A stretch of DNA of 64,000 nt from contig OW818658.1 of assembly GCA_942492815.1 (NCBI GenBank), positions 5,402,198 through 5,466,197 on the forward strand, written 5' to 3'. The DNA comes from Candidatus Hydrogenedentales bacterium. Lineage in GTDB: Bacteria; Hydrogenedentota; Hydrogenedentia; Hydrogenedentales; JAEUWI01. The notes under the pieces were generated by a model. That model did not search any database, was not told where the DNA came from, and worked only from the letters and a program-made list of their open reading frames with translations. This document shows, piece by piece, positions 8,558-19,600 of the stretch. The first letter of the stretch is position 1, and each line of letters begins with the position of its first letter. Position numbers and translations under genes: made by a program.

Positions 8558-11500
8558 CTATTCTTTATCTTGGCCTATCGGCTGGAGTGCGATGGTGATA
8601 ACTTCGCCCAGTCGCGCGCCGTTGACCGGTTCCGATGTGGCGGTGACGTAGCCTTGGGCCGATACTCGGGCGGCGAATTCCGTCTGGCGGTCCGCCATCA
8701 GCCAGCATCGTGGCAAGATGGTGAAGTCGCCCGCGTCGGGGCCGCGGGTTATCTTCACCGTTTCGGTGCTGATCCAATTAAATTCACTGCCGACCATTCC
8801 CAGGCCGATCTCAACTTCTGGCACTGGGACCGAAAGGCCTGAGTTGGCGTCCACGACACGCCCGCGAAAGGGTTTCTTGAGAATCAAGTTGGCACGGAGC
8901 GGCTCATTGAAACTTGGTTCTACCTGGATGGACGCATCGAAATAGTCGCTATGGGCAAAGGTAAAGAGGATTCTACATTGCTGTGGCGTGTGGGGCATTT
9001 CAAAGTGCCCATCGGCACCGGTGCGAGTCTGCCGGAGCACGGCAGGAGGCCTGACAGAGTGCCAACCTCCAGCCGCATTGCCCTCAAGGTCGGCTAACCA
9101 TCCCTTGAAAGTGACGGTGACACCCTCCACGGGCGCACCCCCCGCATCGATAACCTCACCGCGCAGCACGGCGCCCTCGCTCAGGGTGATAGATATAGAC
9201 GATTTCCATGAATCCGCTAGCAGGGTGATCGCTTCCGGTGCGTGAACGTCGTTGAGCACGGTCATCGTCTGATCCTGCGTGTCGTCCACGTGGTGAATCG
9301 TGAACTTTCCGTTCTCGTCCGTGCGTGCGCTGGCAGTCTGTTCTTCCGAGCGCAGCTCGCGTATGTCACGACAAATCGTGGCCCCTGCGACTGGATTTCC
9401 CTCGCTATCCCGCACGGCACCTGATAGCGAAACGCCAGCCTTCACGACAAGCTCCGCCGTGTGATCGCGTAACTGAGATTCGGGTGGGGTTACGCGGCTT
9501 TCCAGCGAGAAATCGCTTACATATTCGTCGGTGCTCAGCGCGACCTTCAGGCGGTTCCAACCGGTTGGCATTCTAACCTCCCAGTGCCCGTCGCTCGCGG
9601 TGATGCCTCTATCGCCCATCGGCACGGTGTCTTCGTACTCACCTATCAACCCCACGCTCACGTTCGGTGCGGGTTCGCCGCTTTCGTTTACCACGCGGCC
9701 GCCCAGCGTGATCATCTGGTGTTCCGCATCCGGCGCGGCGGTGTAGTCCACGTCTATAGACGCGAGCCCGGGCAGCGCCGCGAGGAACTCTTTGTAACCT
9801 TCGGTGATCCGGGTTTTCTTCAAGGACAGGACAGCGAGTTTTTCATAAGGGTAAATATAGCGCAAGTCCTCGTTGGCAATTGGGGCGGCTTCCAGATCGA
9901 GCGCCAGAAGCCCGGTGAGAGCAGCGAGATCATCAAGCTGTTCGCCCGAGATTCCCGTAAAGGAGAGATCGAGGGATTGGAGTCGGTCCAGCTCGGCCAC
10001 GCACTGGAGGGGGCTTCGATTCAGACTCGGGACCGTAATATTGAGCGCGCCGAGTTGCGGGAGGGCCGTCGCGGCACGATTTGAAAGTTCCACGCCCCTC
10101 AGGCTGAGATGGCGCAATTGCTTCAGGACGACAAGGGGCGTGAGATCGCGGGTTTGGAGTACTGCGTCCTCCAGGTCTAGCCAGCGCAGGTTCGCCAGGG
10201 GCCTCAAGTGTTTCAGCTCCACATCGGGCACCCTGCAACGCCGGAGGCTGAGGGCTTCCAGGTCGGTCCACCCGGCGATGTGGCGCAGCGTGCCGCCGGA
10301 GACCCCTATGCCTCGAAGATTGAGGTACTGGATACCATCCGCGGGCAGGCTCGAAAAGGCTGGGGTTATTCCTAAAACGGCCACGTCCAGGCGGACCATT
10401 TTTCCCGCCGGAATCTCCACGTTGCCCTTTGCCTCGCCGATCAGTTCCCAGCCTTCTTCCGAGTGCATCGACGTTTTGGCCTCGGAAGTATAGGTATAGT
10501 CCATCGGATCATGGAGGTAGAGGGTGCCGAGGGAACTATCCGCCGGAAAGGAGAGCGTGCGCGCGGAAAGCACTTCCGCGCCCTTGCCTTTGTCACCTTC
10601 TTCTTGCTTCACGACTTCGCGGACCAAGGCCTTTCGGATCTTAAAGGTGTGGTTATCGTAGGTCAGCAGGTAGAACGATTCATCCTCCTCGACGGCGTCC
10701 GCAGGCTGGCTGTGCCCGCTGCGCAGGTGGACCATGTACGGCCGCTCTTTCACGGTCGGGCCCGTTGATTTCTCCAGTGAAAACCGGCGTGATCGCGTCG
10801 TGGGCAATTCCTGACTTTCGTCTTCCGGTGTCGTGAGTGTCACCGTCTCACCATCGATGACGACCGTTTTCTCCCGGACAGAGGTTTCTATGCCATAGGC
10901 TTGGGCAATCACGGCACGCGCTATCTCCGCAGCTCCCGTGCCGCCGTGCATACCGTGCTCCAGGAGTACGCTAACGGAAATCTTCGGCTCGCGATCCATC
11001 ACGCCCGCGACAAACCAGGCGTGGTCCCGCATCTCGTAGGGAATCTCCTCATCCGACGCGTATTTCGACCACTTTGTGGCGCTCATGATCTGCGCGCTTC
11101 CGGTTTTTCCAAGCACCTGAACGCCGTCGACTCCCGCGCGCCAGCCGGTGCCGGCGGGGTAGTCGGGCGGGGCCTTTTCCACGGTCTTGCGGAGTGCCGC
11201 GTGAAGGACTTCCAGTGTGGCGTCGCTGAGCATTCGTTCGCTGCGATCAGGAGGCAACTCCGCGTTCATACGGGGTGCGACCCGGAAGCCGCCGTTCACG
11301 ATGGCCGCCATCATCACGGCGTTCTGCAGGGGCGTGATGGCTGCGCTGCCCTGGCCGATGCTGAGATTGACGGTGTCGCCGGGATACCATTTCTGCTCGC
11401 TGACCGTTTTGTCGGCGTAGTTCTGCTTTTTCCAGTCCTGGCTGGGGATGAGGCCGCTGATTTCGCGGGGTAGATCGATGCCCGTGGAAATTCCCAGGCC

Positions 11501-13120
11501 AAACTTGCCGGCCCACTTGTTGATCTTGTCCACGCCCAGGGAGAGGCCCACGTTGTAGAAAAACACGTCGCAGGAATAGACCAGCGCGTCCGTCACATTA
11601 ACCCCGTCATGCCCGTCGCGCTTCCAGCAGCCCCACGCCCGGCCTCCCCCGTTGATTCGATAGGAACCGCCGCAGTAGTGCGTGGTGTCCGGCGTGATGA
11701 CGCCCTCCTCCAGCGCGGCGGCGGCGAGGAGGATCTTGAAGGTCGATCCCGGCGGATACTGTTCCTGGTAGGCCCGCGTGTAGGCGGGCCGGATCGGAGA
11801 TGCGTTGCCCGAGGCCTTCTGACCTTCGATCACCTCTTTCATCGTGCCAAAGGGCGCGCTGGCCATGGCGAGCACCGCGCCGGTATCGGCGTTCAGCACG
11901 ACGATGGCACCCGCCTGGCCTTCGAGCAGGGACTCACATTTTGCCTGCAATGCAGGAGCCTGCGGGCTTGGCAGTGATTGCTCGGTTTCCTCAGCCGCGG
12001 TTTCTTCCTTTGCTTCTTCACGATCGGCAATCGCACCACCCACGGCAAACACGGTGCCGGCGAACAGGATGAGGGATAGCACCGCCGCGATGCCGAGGCG
12101 CGCCGGGGTATTCAGGGAATTGCCGAGCAATGCGGCGATGCGCGTGTTGATCTGCGTGCGCGTGGCGAAGAGGCCGGTGGCCATGGTGCGCTGACGCTGT
12201 TGGCGGGCCTGGACGAGGATGGCGTAGAGCTGTTCCGCGTAGGCGGTGACGTCGTCGTCGGTGCGGACGACGGCGCGGTCACAGGCGAGCTCCACGGCGG
12301 CCTCCCAGCGTCGGCTGGCCCACCAGGTGACGGGGTGGAAGAAGAAGAGGATCTGGGCGAGGCGTCGCAGGGCATTGGCGATGGGATCGCGGTGTTTTAG
12401 GTGGGTCAGTTCGTGGCGCAGTGCCCAGGCGAGTGCGGTTTCATTCTCGGGCGCGTTGAGCCATTGTGGGATGACGATGGTGGAGCGGAACCAGCCCACC
12501 ACGGCGGGCGATTCGAGCTCCGCAGTCACGCGCAGGGGCGGAACGGTGCGCAACTGGAGCGAGGCCGCGCCTTGGGCGAGCGCCGTGGTGGCGTGGGTCG
12601 ACGGAGAGGTTGTGCGCGCGATAAAACGGCGCAGGCGGATGCGATCGAGCAGCGTGGAGCCAAGGAGGAGCACGACGCCCGCGAGCCAGAGGGACGCGAG
12701 GATGCGCGGTGTGAGTACGTTCCAGTTGATCGGTGTTCGCACGGGGATGGCGGTTGCGGCCGGCTTGGCGGGGGTGGCCGGAAGCGGTGCAGGCGGGAGT
12801 TCAAGGGCAGACATCTGCGGCATGGCCTCGCTGCGAACCGGCGGCGCTTCGGGCAATGGGGCTGCCGTGATGATCGGTTCGGGCGGCGCGAGGCGCAACA
12901 CGGGAACCACCGCGCCGAAAGTGAGCGTGACAATGGGTTTGGCCAATACGATGAGCCAGAGCATGGCGCAGGCGCGTGGCGAACGGATGCGAAAGACCGT
13001 GATGGCGAGCGCGACCGCGACGGCGAGTACGGCCAGCTCCGCGCTGGCGAAGAAGAGGCGCTCGAGGAGGGGGTGCGCGTCCATGGCGGCGAGAAAGGTG
13101 TTGAGCGTATCGGTGTTCAT
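8558..13120 (-). CDS. BlaR1-like M56 peptidase fused to a PBP2-type transpeptidase, leucine-rich repeats and carboxypeptidase-regulatory-like Ig repeats (1520 aa)
   Basis: ATG 13120 overlaps the blaI stop (ATGA). TM helices, HELTH at 12401-12415 with ELACD. STFK 11735-11746, SCD 11567-11575, KTG 11099-11107. LxxLxL LRRs about 9760-10330. Confidence 0.85.
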   Translation of the reverse strand: MNTDTLNTFLAAMDAHPLLERLFFASAELAVLAVAVALAITVFRIRSPRACAMLWLIVLAKPIVTLTFGAVVPVLRLAPPEPIITAAPLPEAPPVRSEAMPQMSALELPPAPLPATPAKPAATAIPVRTPINWNVLTPRILASLWLAGVVLLLGSTLLDRIRLRRFIARTTSPSTHATTALAQGAASLQLRTVPPLRVTAELESPAVVGWFRSTIVIPQWLNAPENETALAWALRHELTHLKHRDPIANALRRLAQILFFFHPVTWWASRRWEAAVELACDRAVVRTDDDVTAYAEQLYAILVQARQQRQRTMATGLFATRTQINTRIAALLGNSLNTPARLGIAAVLSLILFAGTVFAVGGAIADREEAKEETAAEETEQSLPSPQAPALQAKCESLLEGQAGAIVVLNADTGAVLAMASAPFGTMKEVIEGQKASGNASPIRPAYTRAYQEQYPPGSTFKILLAAAALEEGVITPDTTHYCGGSYRINGGGRAWGCWKRDGHDGVNVTDALVYSCDVFFYNVGLSLGVDKINKWAGKFGLGISTGIDLPREISGLIPSQDWKKQNYADKTVSEQKWYPGDTVNLSIGQGSAAITPLQNAVMMAAIVNGGFRVAPRMNAELPPDRSERMLSDATLEVLHAALRKTVEKAPPDYPAGTGWRAGVDGVQVLGKTGSAQIMSATKWSKYASDEEIPYEMRDHAWFVAGVMDREPKISVSVLLEHGMHGGTGAAEIARAVIAQAYGIETSVREKTVVIDGETVTLTTPEDESQELPTTRSRRFSLEKSTGPTVKERPYMVHLRSGHSQPADAVEEDESFYLLTYDNHTFKIRKALVREVVKQEEGDKGKGAEVLSARTLSFPADSSLGTLYLHDPMDYTYTSEAKTSMHSEEGWELIGEAKGNVEIPAGKMVRLDVAVLGITPAFSSLPADGIQYLNLRGIGVSGGTLRHIAGWTDLEALSLRRCRVPDVELKHLRPLANLRWLDLEDAVLQTRDLTPLVVLKQLRHLSLRGVELSNRAATALPQLGALNITVPSLNRSPLQCVAELDRLQSLDLSFTGISGEQLDDLAALTGLLALDLEAAPIANEDLRYIYPYEKLAVLSLKKTRITEGYKEFLAALPGLASIDVDYTAAPDAEHQMITLGGRVVNESGEPAPNVSVGLIGEYEDTVPMGDRGITASDGHWEVRMPTGWNRLKVALSTDEYVSDFSLESRVTPPESQLRDHTAELVVKAGVSLSGAVRDSEGNPVAGATICRDIRELRSEEQTASARTDENGKFTIHHVDDTQDQTMTVLNDVHAPEAITLLADSWKSSISITLSEGAVLRGEVIDAGGAPVEGVTVTFKGWLADLEGNAAGGWHSVRPPAVLRQTRTGADGHFEMPHTPQQCRILFTFAHSDYFDASIQVEPSFNEPLRANLILKKPFRGRVVDANSGLSVPVPEVEIGLGMVGSEFNWISTETVKITRGPDAGDFTILPRCWLMADRQTEFAARVSAQGYVTATSEPVNGARLGEVITIALQPIGQDKE

Positions 13121-13533
13121 GATTGGTTGCCCCTTTTTTTGCGTTCTTTGATCAGGGCCTGAATGGCCTCCAGGTCGGCCTCGTCGATGTCGTGATCGTT
13201 GATCAGACAGGCGATGGCGCGCCTCGGACTGCCATCGAGGAGGCGCCGGGTAATCTGCCGCAGCGTGCGCGCTGCAAAGTCGTTGCGCGAGACCGTGGCC
13301 CGGAGGCGGAAGCCCCGCTCCGTGGTGGCCACGGGCTCCAGGTAACCCTTCTCGCGAAGATTCGCCAAGACTGTTCGGATGGTGGTCTTGGCGAGCGGTT
13401 CGTTGGCATCGTTGTAGGCGTCGATGACCTCGGCTGAGCTGCATTCGCCCAAGCGCCACACGGTGGCCATCACGTCCTCTTCCAGGCGGGTGAGGTCATT
13501 GGGACGCTTTTCGTCGTTCTTTTTACGGACCAT
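13117..13533 (-). CDS. BlaI/MecI/CopY family transcriptional repressor
   Basis: LTRLEEDVMATVW...SSAEV...TTIRTVLANLREKGYL winged helix. Directly upstream of the M56 gene. Confidence 0.9.
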   Translation of the reverse strand: MVRKKNDEKRPNDLTRLEEDVMATVWRLGECSSAEVIDAYNDANEPLAKTTIRTVLANLREKGYLEPVATTERGFRLRATVSRNDFAARTLRQITRRLLDGSPRRAIACLINDHDIDEADLEAIQALIKERKKRGNQS

Positions 13534-13557
13534 GATGGAGCGCTCCGGGTAGTTGCG

Positions 13558-13613
13558 ACTATAAAATTGAGGCTGTAACTATAAAAATAGTCCATCGTGG
13601 TCCGATTTGTCAA
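13558..13613 (-). promoter_or_regulatory. Putative blaI promoter (TTGACA-N18-TATTTT) overlapped by the palindromic operator ACTAT-AAAA-ATAGT plus a degenerate second box
   Basis: TTGACA at 13613-13608 (minus strand). Perfect 14-bp dyad 13578-13591. Half-match ACTATAAAAT 13558-13567. Confidence 0.65.
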
Positions 13614-13643
13614 TCACTATTTTGCAGCGGACATGGGCCGGGT

Positions 13644-13678
13644 AAAAAAAAGCCGCGGATGTCGCCATCCGCGGCTTT
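13644..13678 (-). terminator. Rho-independent terminator of the FG-GAP gene
   Basis: 12-bp stem AAAGCCGCGGAT/ATCCGCGGCTTT followed by a T-run on the minus strand. Confidence 0.8.
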
Positions 13679-13691
13679 GCTTTCGTGCCGC

Positions 13692-16600
13692 CTATCGATG
13701 AAGGAGGATTGATATATTGCTTGCGCCACTGTTGCCGGCAGCGATATCGGGCAAGCCATCCTCGTTGAAGTCGCCGGTGACGATGCCACTCGTAAAGGGA
13801 TCGGCCAGATTGTAGCTGCTCATACCCGAGAAGAAGCCCGTGCCATCGCCGACGAGGATGCCGACCGCCTCGATCCCGGGTTCTTCAGTGAAGAGGATGT
13901 CCGGTGTGCTGTCCAGATTCACGTCGGCAATGAACAAGTGGCTGTAGCTGGCGTCGTAGGGGCGATTCGGGATCTCGAAGGGGACGGAACTGTTGAAGCT
14001 GCCATCGCCCCGACCAAGGCTTACATAGATGGTGCTATCGTTAAAGTTGGTTCCGATGACATCGGGATCGCCGTCGCCATTCACGTCGCCCACGGCGATG
14101 GCGTACTGCCCGTTCCCGGCCGAGGAGGGTGCCTGGAATGATCCATCTCCGTTGCCAAGGTAGACCCGCGCCCCCCCCCCGGCGTCGGCGGTAACCAGAT
14201 CGGGATTGTTGTCCCCGTTGATGTTGGCGACTCTGACGACTTGCGGGGAGCTGCCGCCCGAGACGTCAAAGGAATTCTGAAAAGTGCCGTCGCCTATCCC
14301 GAGGAGGATCGCGACCCCGTTGCTCGGCGAAGGCACGGCGGCCACGTCCGTGGCTCCATCTCGGTCAAAGTCGCCGAGGGCAACGCTCGCGACGCGGTCC
14401 CCGGAGGTGATGAACGTAGGTGCTTCAAAAGCGCCTTCGCCGCTTCCCAGCAGTATCCCGATCCGGCCGGGCGATGCGTGGGCGGAGATCGCATCGGGCA
14501 ACGTGTCGTTGTTAACGCGGCCGACGACCAGGTCATTGATTCCGGTGGCGAGGGGCGAGGCGATGGGGGACGCGAAGGTGGCATCCCCATTGCCTGGAAG
14601 CACCAGCACCTGTCCGTCGGAGGTACGAACGGTGACCAGGTCCAGGTGATCGTCTCCATCCATGTGGGTCGCATTGAGCGAGCGGTTGCCGAAATCGCCC
14701 GTCTGGACGATGAGCTGGGTGTCGAATTCGCCACCGCCCAGACCGCGCAGCACGACGATTTCGCCATAGCCCGAACCCGTAATGGGGAGCAGATCGGGGA
14801 TCGCGTCGCCGTCCGCGTCCAGATTGGTGATGCACGGGGAGAATCGCGACGAGCCGACAAGCCGACTGTCCGCGAAACCGCCGTCGCCGTCGTTGAAGAA
14901 GACGTTGATGGCGCCCGAGTTGATCACCGAATTCGCCGTGGCCAGATCGATGCTGCCATTCCCGTCGAGATCGCCCGCCGTGAGGCAGCGGGCGCTTCCG
15001 GTGATGGGATAGGTAACCTGCGCACCGAAAGTTCCATCCGCGGCTCCGAGCAACACACCCAGCGGCGCTTCCTGTCCCGTGAAGGCAACGTCCAGCGAAT
15101 CATCGCCGTTGAAATCGGCCAACACGAGATGGTCGGGGGCAAAGACCGTATCGTAGCTGATCGGATCCTGGAAGGTTGCGTCTCCGTTGCCCAGCCGTAT
15201 CTCGAACTTTGAAAGCCCGCGATTCAGCACGTACAGATCGAGATTGTCATCGCTATTGGCGCGTGCCAGGCCGAGATCGAGCACATTGTTTCCGGGGATT
15301 TGCAGGGTGGTGGGCGCTTGCAGGGTTCCGTCGCCGTTTCCGAGGAAGAAGTTCATGAACCCGGAGTTGCTGCTGCTGGCGACCACGTCGGGGACGTCGT
15401 CGTTGTTGATGTCGCCGATGGCTAAATCGCCGGTGCTTTCTGCGGTCGCGGCGAAGCCGACGGGTTCGCCGAAGGTACCATCCCCGTTGCCCAGCGCGAT
15501 GAAGACGCTGTCATCGATGAATCCAGCGAACACGGCATCAAGGTTCGTGTCGTCGTTCATGTCCTTCAGCGTCACGTCCGCCGGGAGTGCGCCGATGGCA
15601 ATCGAGTTCGGCGAGTTGAAGGTGCCGTCTCCGCGGTTCAGGATAGATACCAGCGCGGCGGTTGTGACGTTGTTCAGGGAGTCGTTGGTCACCACGACGA
15701 TATCCGGCAGGTCGTCGCCGTTAATGTCGCCCGTGGCGATATCCTGGGCCGTTCCTCCGTAGGGGAATCGTGCGCCGGGATAGAGCAGGGCGATGGTTTC
15801 CTGAATCGTGATCGCACCCGCATTGGTGACGCCATCGGGCACGATGGTCAGTCCCGTGACCTGTCCGGAGAGGGTCGTCTCTTCGGTCGTGAGGCGCGCC
15901 GTAACATCGAGGAGGGGCAGACCGCCGGACGGCACATTGCCTTGGAGCACGAAGGAGAAAGCGCCGCTGGCATTGGTGAGGCCCTGGCCGCCGAGGCTGG
16001 TGAAGACGGCCGCGCCTTCGACGGGCGATTCGTCTTCGCGTTGCACGGTGCCGCTTACCGTCGTGGAGAAGAGCACCAACCGGGGTGCCAGGATGCCCGC
16101 GTCGGTGATTCCGTCCGCCACGACGGGAATGAGGCCGGAGTCGAGCTCGTCTTCACCGACCGTTGTGACGAGCGTGACGAAGTTGGTCGTAGAGGGCAGC
16201 GTGAGGACCAGAGTGAAGAAGCCATTGGCGTCGGTGGTGGCGGTGCCGCCAAAGGCCGTTGTGGTTACGACGACCCCGGCCACGGGGTTGCCTTCCGCGT
16301 CCCGCACGAAGCCCTCAATGGTCGTGGAAATCGTATCTGAGGCGATGGTGACGCGTTTTGCCGAGGTGACGCCCTGATTGGACGCGGTCACGACGGCGAC
16401 GCCGTTTTGGAGTGCCGTGAGGACGCCTGCTTCGTCCACCGTGATGAAATCGGTACTGCTCACGCGGTAGGTCGTTCCCGCAGCCACGGGGGTGACGTCA
16501 TTCTCCGTGTCGTCGAACTGGATGGCCGTCGCGGCGAGTTGGGTGGTGGCTTCGGGCTGCAATACCGAGGCGGCGGCGTCCAGGTCAAGCTTTTTCGGGA

Positions 16601-19600
16601 AGAGCGGGGGCGTGTCGGACAGCGTGAAGCTGTTTACGATGGCGACGCCATTGTTCAGCACGCGGAAACTCCCGCTGGTGGCATATTTCATCTGCCCGTC
16701 GATGTTGGCCACGCCCACCACGCTGATCACGTCGTCGGCCACGAAATCCGGCCTCGATCCGGGGCCGCCGGTTCCAAATTGATCGGGCGCGGTAATATTG
16801 GGAATGACGAAGAGGCCATCGTCGTCGACGCGGAAGGCCTGGCCATTGGCGAAGAGGGTATAGCGGCTGTCGAGGAGTACGGGCGGATCATCGCCCTGCT
16901 TGGGTGGTGTTGGCAGATCGAGGGCTACAACGACTTCCTGGCGGACACGGTCCTGGAATGCCGTACTCTCGATGATCGATTTGTGATCGGTTCCCGGCAC
17001 TTCAATCACGCTGTCGCCCTCGACCCGGAAGCCGCGCAGGCATTCGATGTCGCCGAAGTTGTCCACGCCGATGTTGGAACAGTTCGCCCGTTCAACATCG
17101 GTCAGCCCGTCGGGGGTGACAAAATTGATGACACCACCCACGCCGGGCAGCACCTGATCGCGCTGGTAGAAGGGGACACCGGGGAAATCCTGCAACACGA
17201 GATCGCGGCTGATACCGTCGGCAATGATGGCGACATCGGGGTTGAGATCCCCCGAGAGGCGCACGGTGTCGCCGCCCAGGCTGTGGCCCACGAGGATGAG
17301 GAAGGGGCGGGGGCATTCGGCGGAGCCGGGCACATTTTCCCGGGCTTCTTCTGTGAGGCGATCGAGCCACTGGTTTACGGCGAAGAGCTGTGACGCGGCC
17401 GAATTGGCGGCGGGGAAGACTTTTGCCGTAACGCGATAGGGCTCAATTTCCCGCAGGCTGTCCGCCAGTGGGCCGAAAGCGGCGGAGAAGTCACCCGCGC
17501 TCCATTCTTCGGGGCAGAGCCCGGGGAAGGCCTGTGGGCATCTCGGTCCTCCTTCGAGGAAGGCCACGGCGACCTCAAAACAGTTGCGCACGACACCGGT
17601 GACGGCGTAGGGCGGGCAATTGCCGCCCCAGCCGGCCACATAGAGGCCGGAGCCGGGATCGGAAACGATCTCGCTCGCGTCGTCGCTCACCCGGCCCGAA
17701 GCTGCGATCTCAAAGGCGTTGGTGCCATGCTCGAAGCTGAGGAAGTAGGCCGCGGCCCCGGCGGGCAGGCCGGACATGTTGGGGTAGGTAATTTCCACGG
17801 GCGGGTCGAAGCGGGCCTGGGAGGGTTGCAGCGTCCAGGCGAACTGCGTCGCCACGCCGCCGGGCAGGGCCATGGGCACGTCGTCGTAGTGCACCTGGGT
17901 GAGGGACAGGGTGGCGGGATTCGACGGGGAAGGAATGGTGCCGTCGGAGTTCGTCATGGAACCTGCCTTGACCACCATTTTCAGCCCTTCAACACCCACG
18001 ACGCGCAGCTCCACGTCCTGGGTGCCGTCGTACTGCACCTCGTTCGCGGGGTCGAGCTGTGGTAGGAATACCGGTCGCGGCAGCGTGTTGGCGGCGTTCG
18101 CGATAATGGTGGTCTCGAAGGGCAGCCGGGGGAAGCCACCGCCGGTGATGGGTTCTCCGCCGAGGGTTGTGGCGGTGCGCCCGTCGAAGCGACCTCGGGC
18201 GGGGCCATCGGGAATGCCGGTAAACAGAAAGCGACCTTCCTCATCGGTGATGGCCGGTTCCAGGAAGACGCCATTGACCGAGATGTCCACCTCCACACCG
18301 CCGACGGGCGAGCTCGCGTTGTCGAGCACAACCCCGGAGAAGGTCGTGGGCTGCCCCTCGGTGCGCTGAACCCCTTCAATCGTGAAGGTGGCGGGCAGGC
18401 CCGTGTTGCCTTCGAAATTCGCTTCGATGATGTTCTTTCCGGGTGTCTCCCCCGCAGTGAAGTAGGTCCGCGCATTCCCGGTGATATCCGTATCGATGGT
18501 GATCTCCGGGGTCCCGTCCGGTTCGAATCCGCCATCGCCGGACACGACCCGGAAGGTCACGGGGACGCCGCCCACGGAATTGCCGCCGTCACTCACCCAG
18601 GCAATCAGACGCTCCGGTGCCGGGGCACCCGTTTCCGCGCGCTGATCATTGCCCATCATGATGTTGATCTGGGCAGGCGGCCCGGCCAGGGCCGAAGCGC
18701 AGAAGAAGGTGGTCCCCGCGATATCCTCGCTGGTAACGCTGATCCGGTTATTGCCCTGGCCCGCGTCGGAGCCCAGCGTCCAGAAAACCGTAGCCAATCC
18801 CTCGGAATCCGTCCTTGTCTGCAGGGTCATCTCACCGGTGTCCGCACCCGACGCCGTGGCGAGGCGCCCGTCGCTTCGGGTGACGTGGAAGTTCACGGTC
18901 TTCCCGGCGAAGGGCGAGCCGTCTTCGTTGGCCACCTTCACGACGACCGGGTTCGCGAGTTCGGCGCGAATCTCCCCGCTCTGGTCATTACCGGAGACGA
19001 TGGTCATGCGCGGGCCCGTCGCGGCCACGCGGGTGACGGTCACCGTGGCGGTCGTGCTGTTGCCGGCCGCATCGACGCCCGTGGCGGTGATGACATTGGC
19101 ACCGAGGGCGAGGGGCACCGCCTGGCGTTCGAAGGAGCCATTGGTGCCGATGCCGGGGAATACCTCGGCCACGCCGCCGTTGACCTGGACTTCCAGGCCC
19201 AGGAAGCCGCTGAGCACATCGCTGATGCGCCCGGCGACCTGAACGGATTCATTGGTAAGCTCGGCGCCGTCTTCCGGGAAGTCGATGGCCACCATGGGCG
19301 CCTGTGCGTCCTGAGTGATCTCCACCGGGGCCGGGGCGCTGCGGAGGCCGAGGGCATTCTCCGCGATGACCGAGAGGCGATTGCGCTGGCCGGCCAGGAG
19401 CGTTACATCCACGGAGAAGGCGCCGGATTCATCCGCGACGGTCGTAAAAGTCATGTTCGTGGTTACGATGACATGAATGGTCGTGTTAGGGTCCGCCGAG
19501 CCGGAAATGGTTGCGGCGGTTCCGGTGAGGGGCGTCAGGGGGAATACAAGGTTGGCCGGCGTGCTGGGCGGCGCATCGGGGTCCCGGACTTCGATCAGGT

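Noticed and set aside
13121-13459. N-terminal 113-aa extension of the 1633-aa ORF call
   Set aside because: It overlaps blaI in another frame. The real start is ATG 13120 (ATGA coupling).
18519-18533. GGTTCGAATCC tRNA T-arm-like motif
   Set aside because: It lies inside a coding region and there is no cloverleaf.
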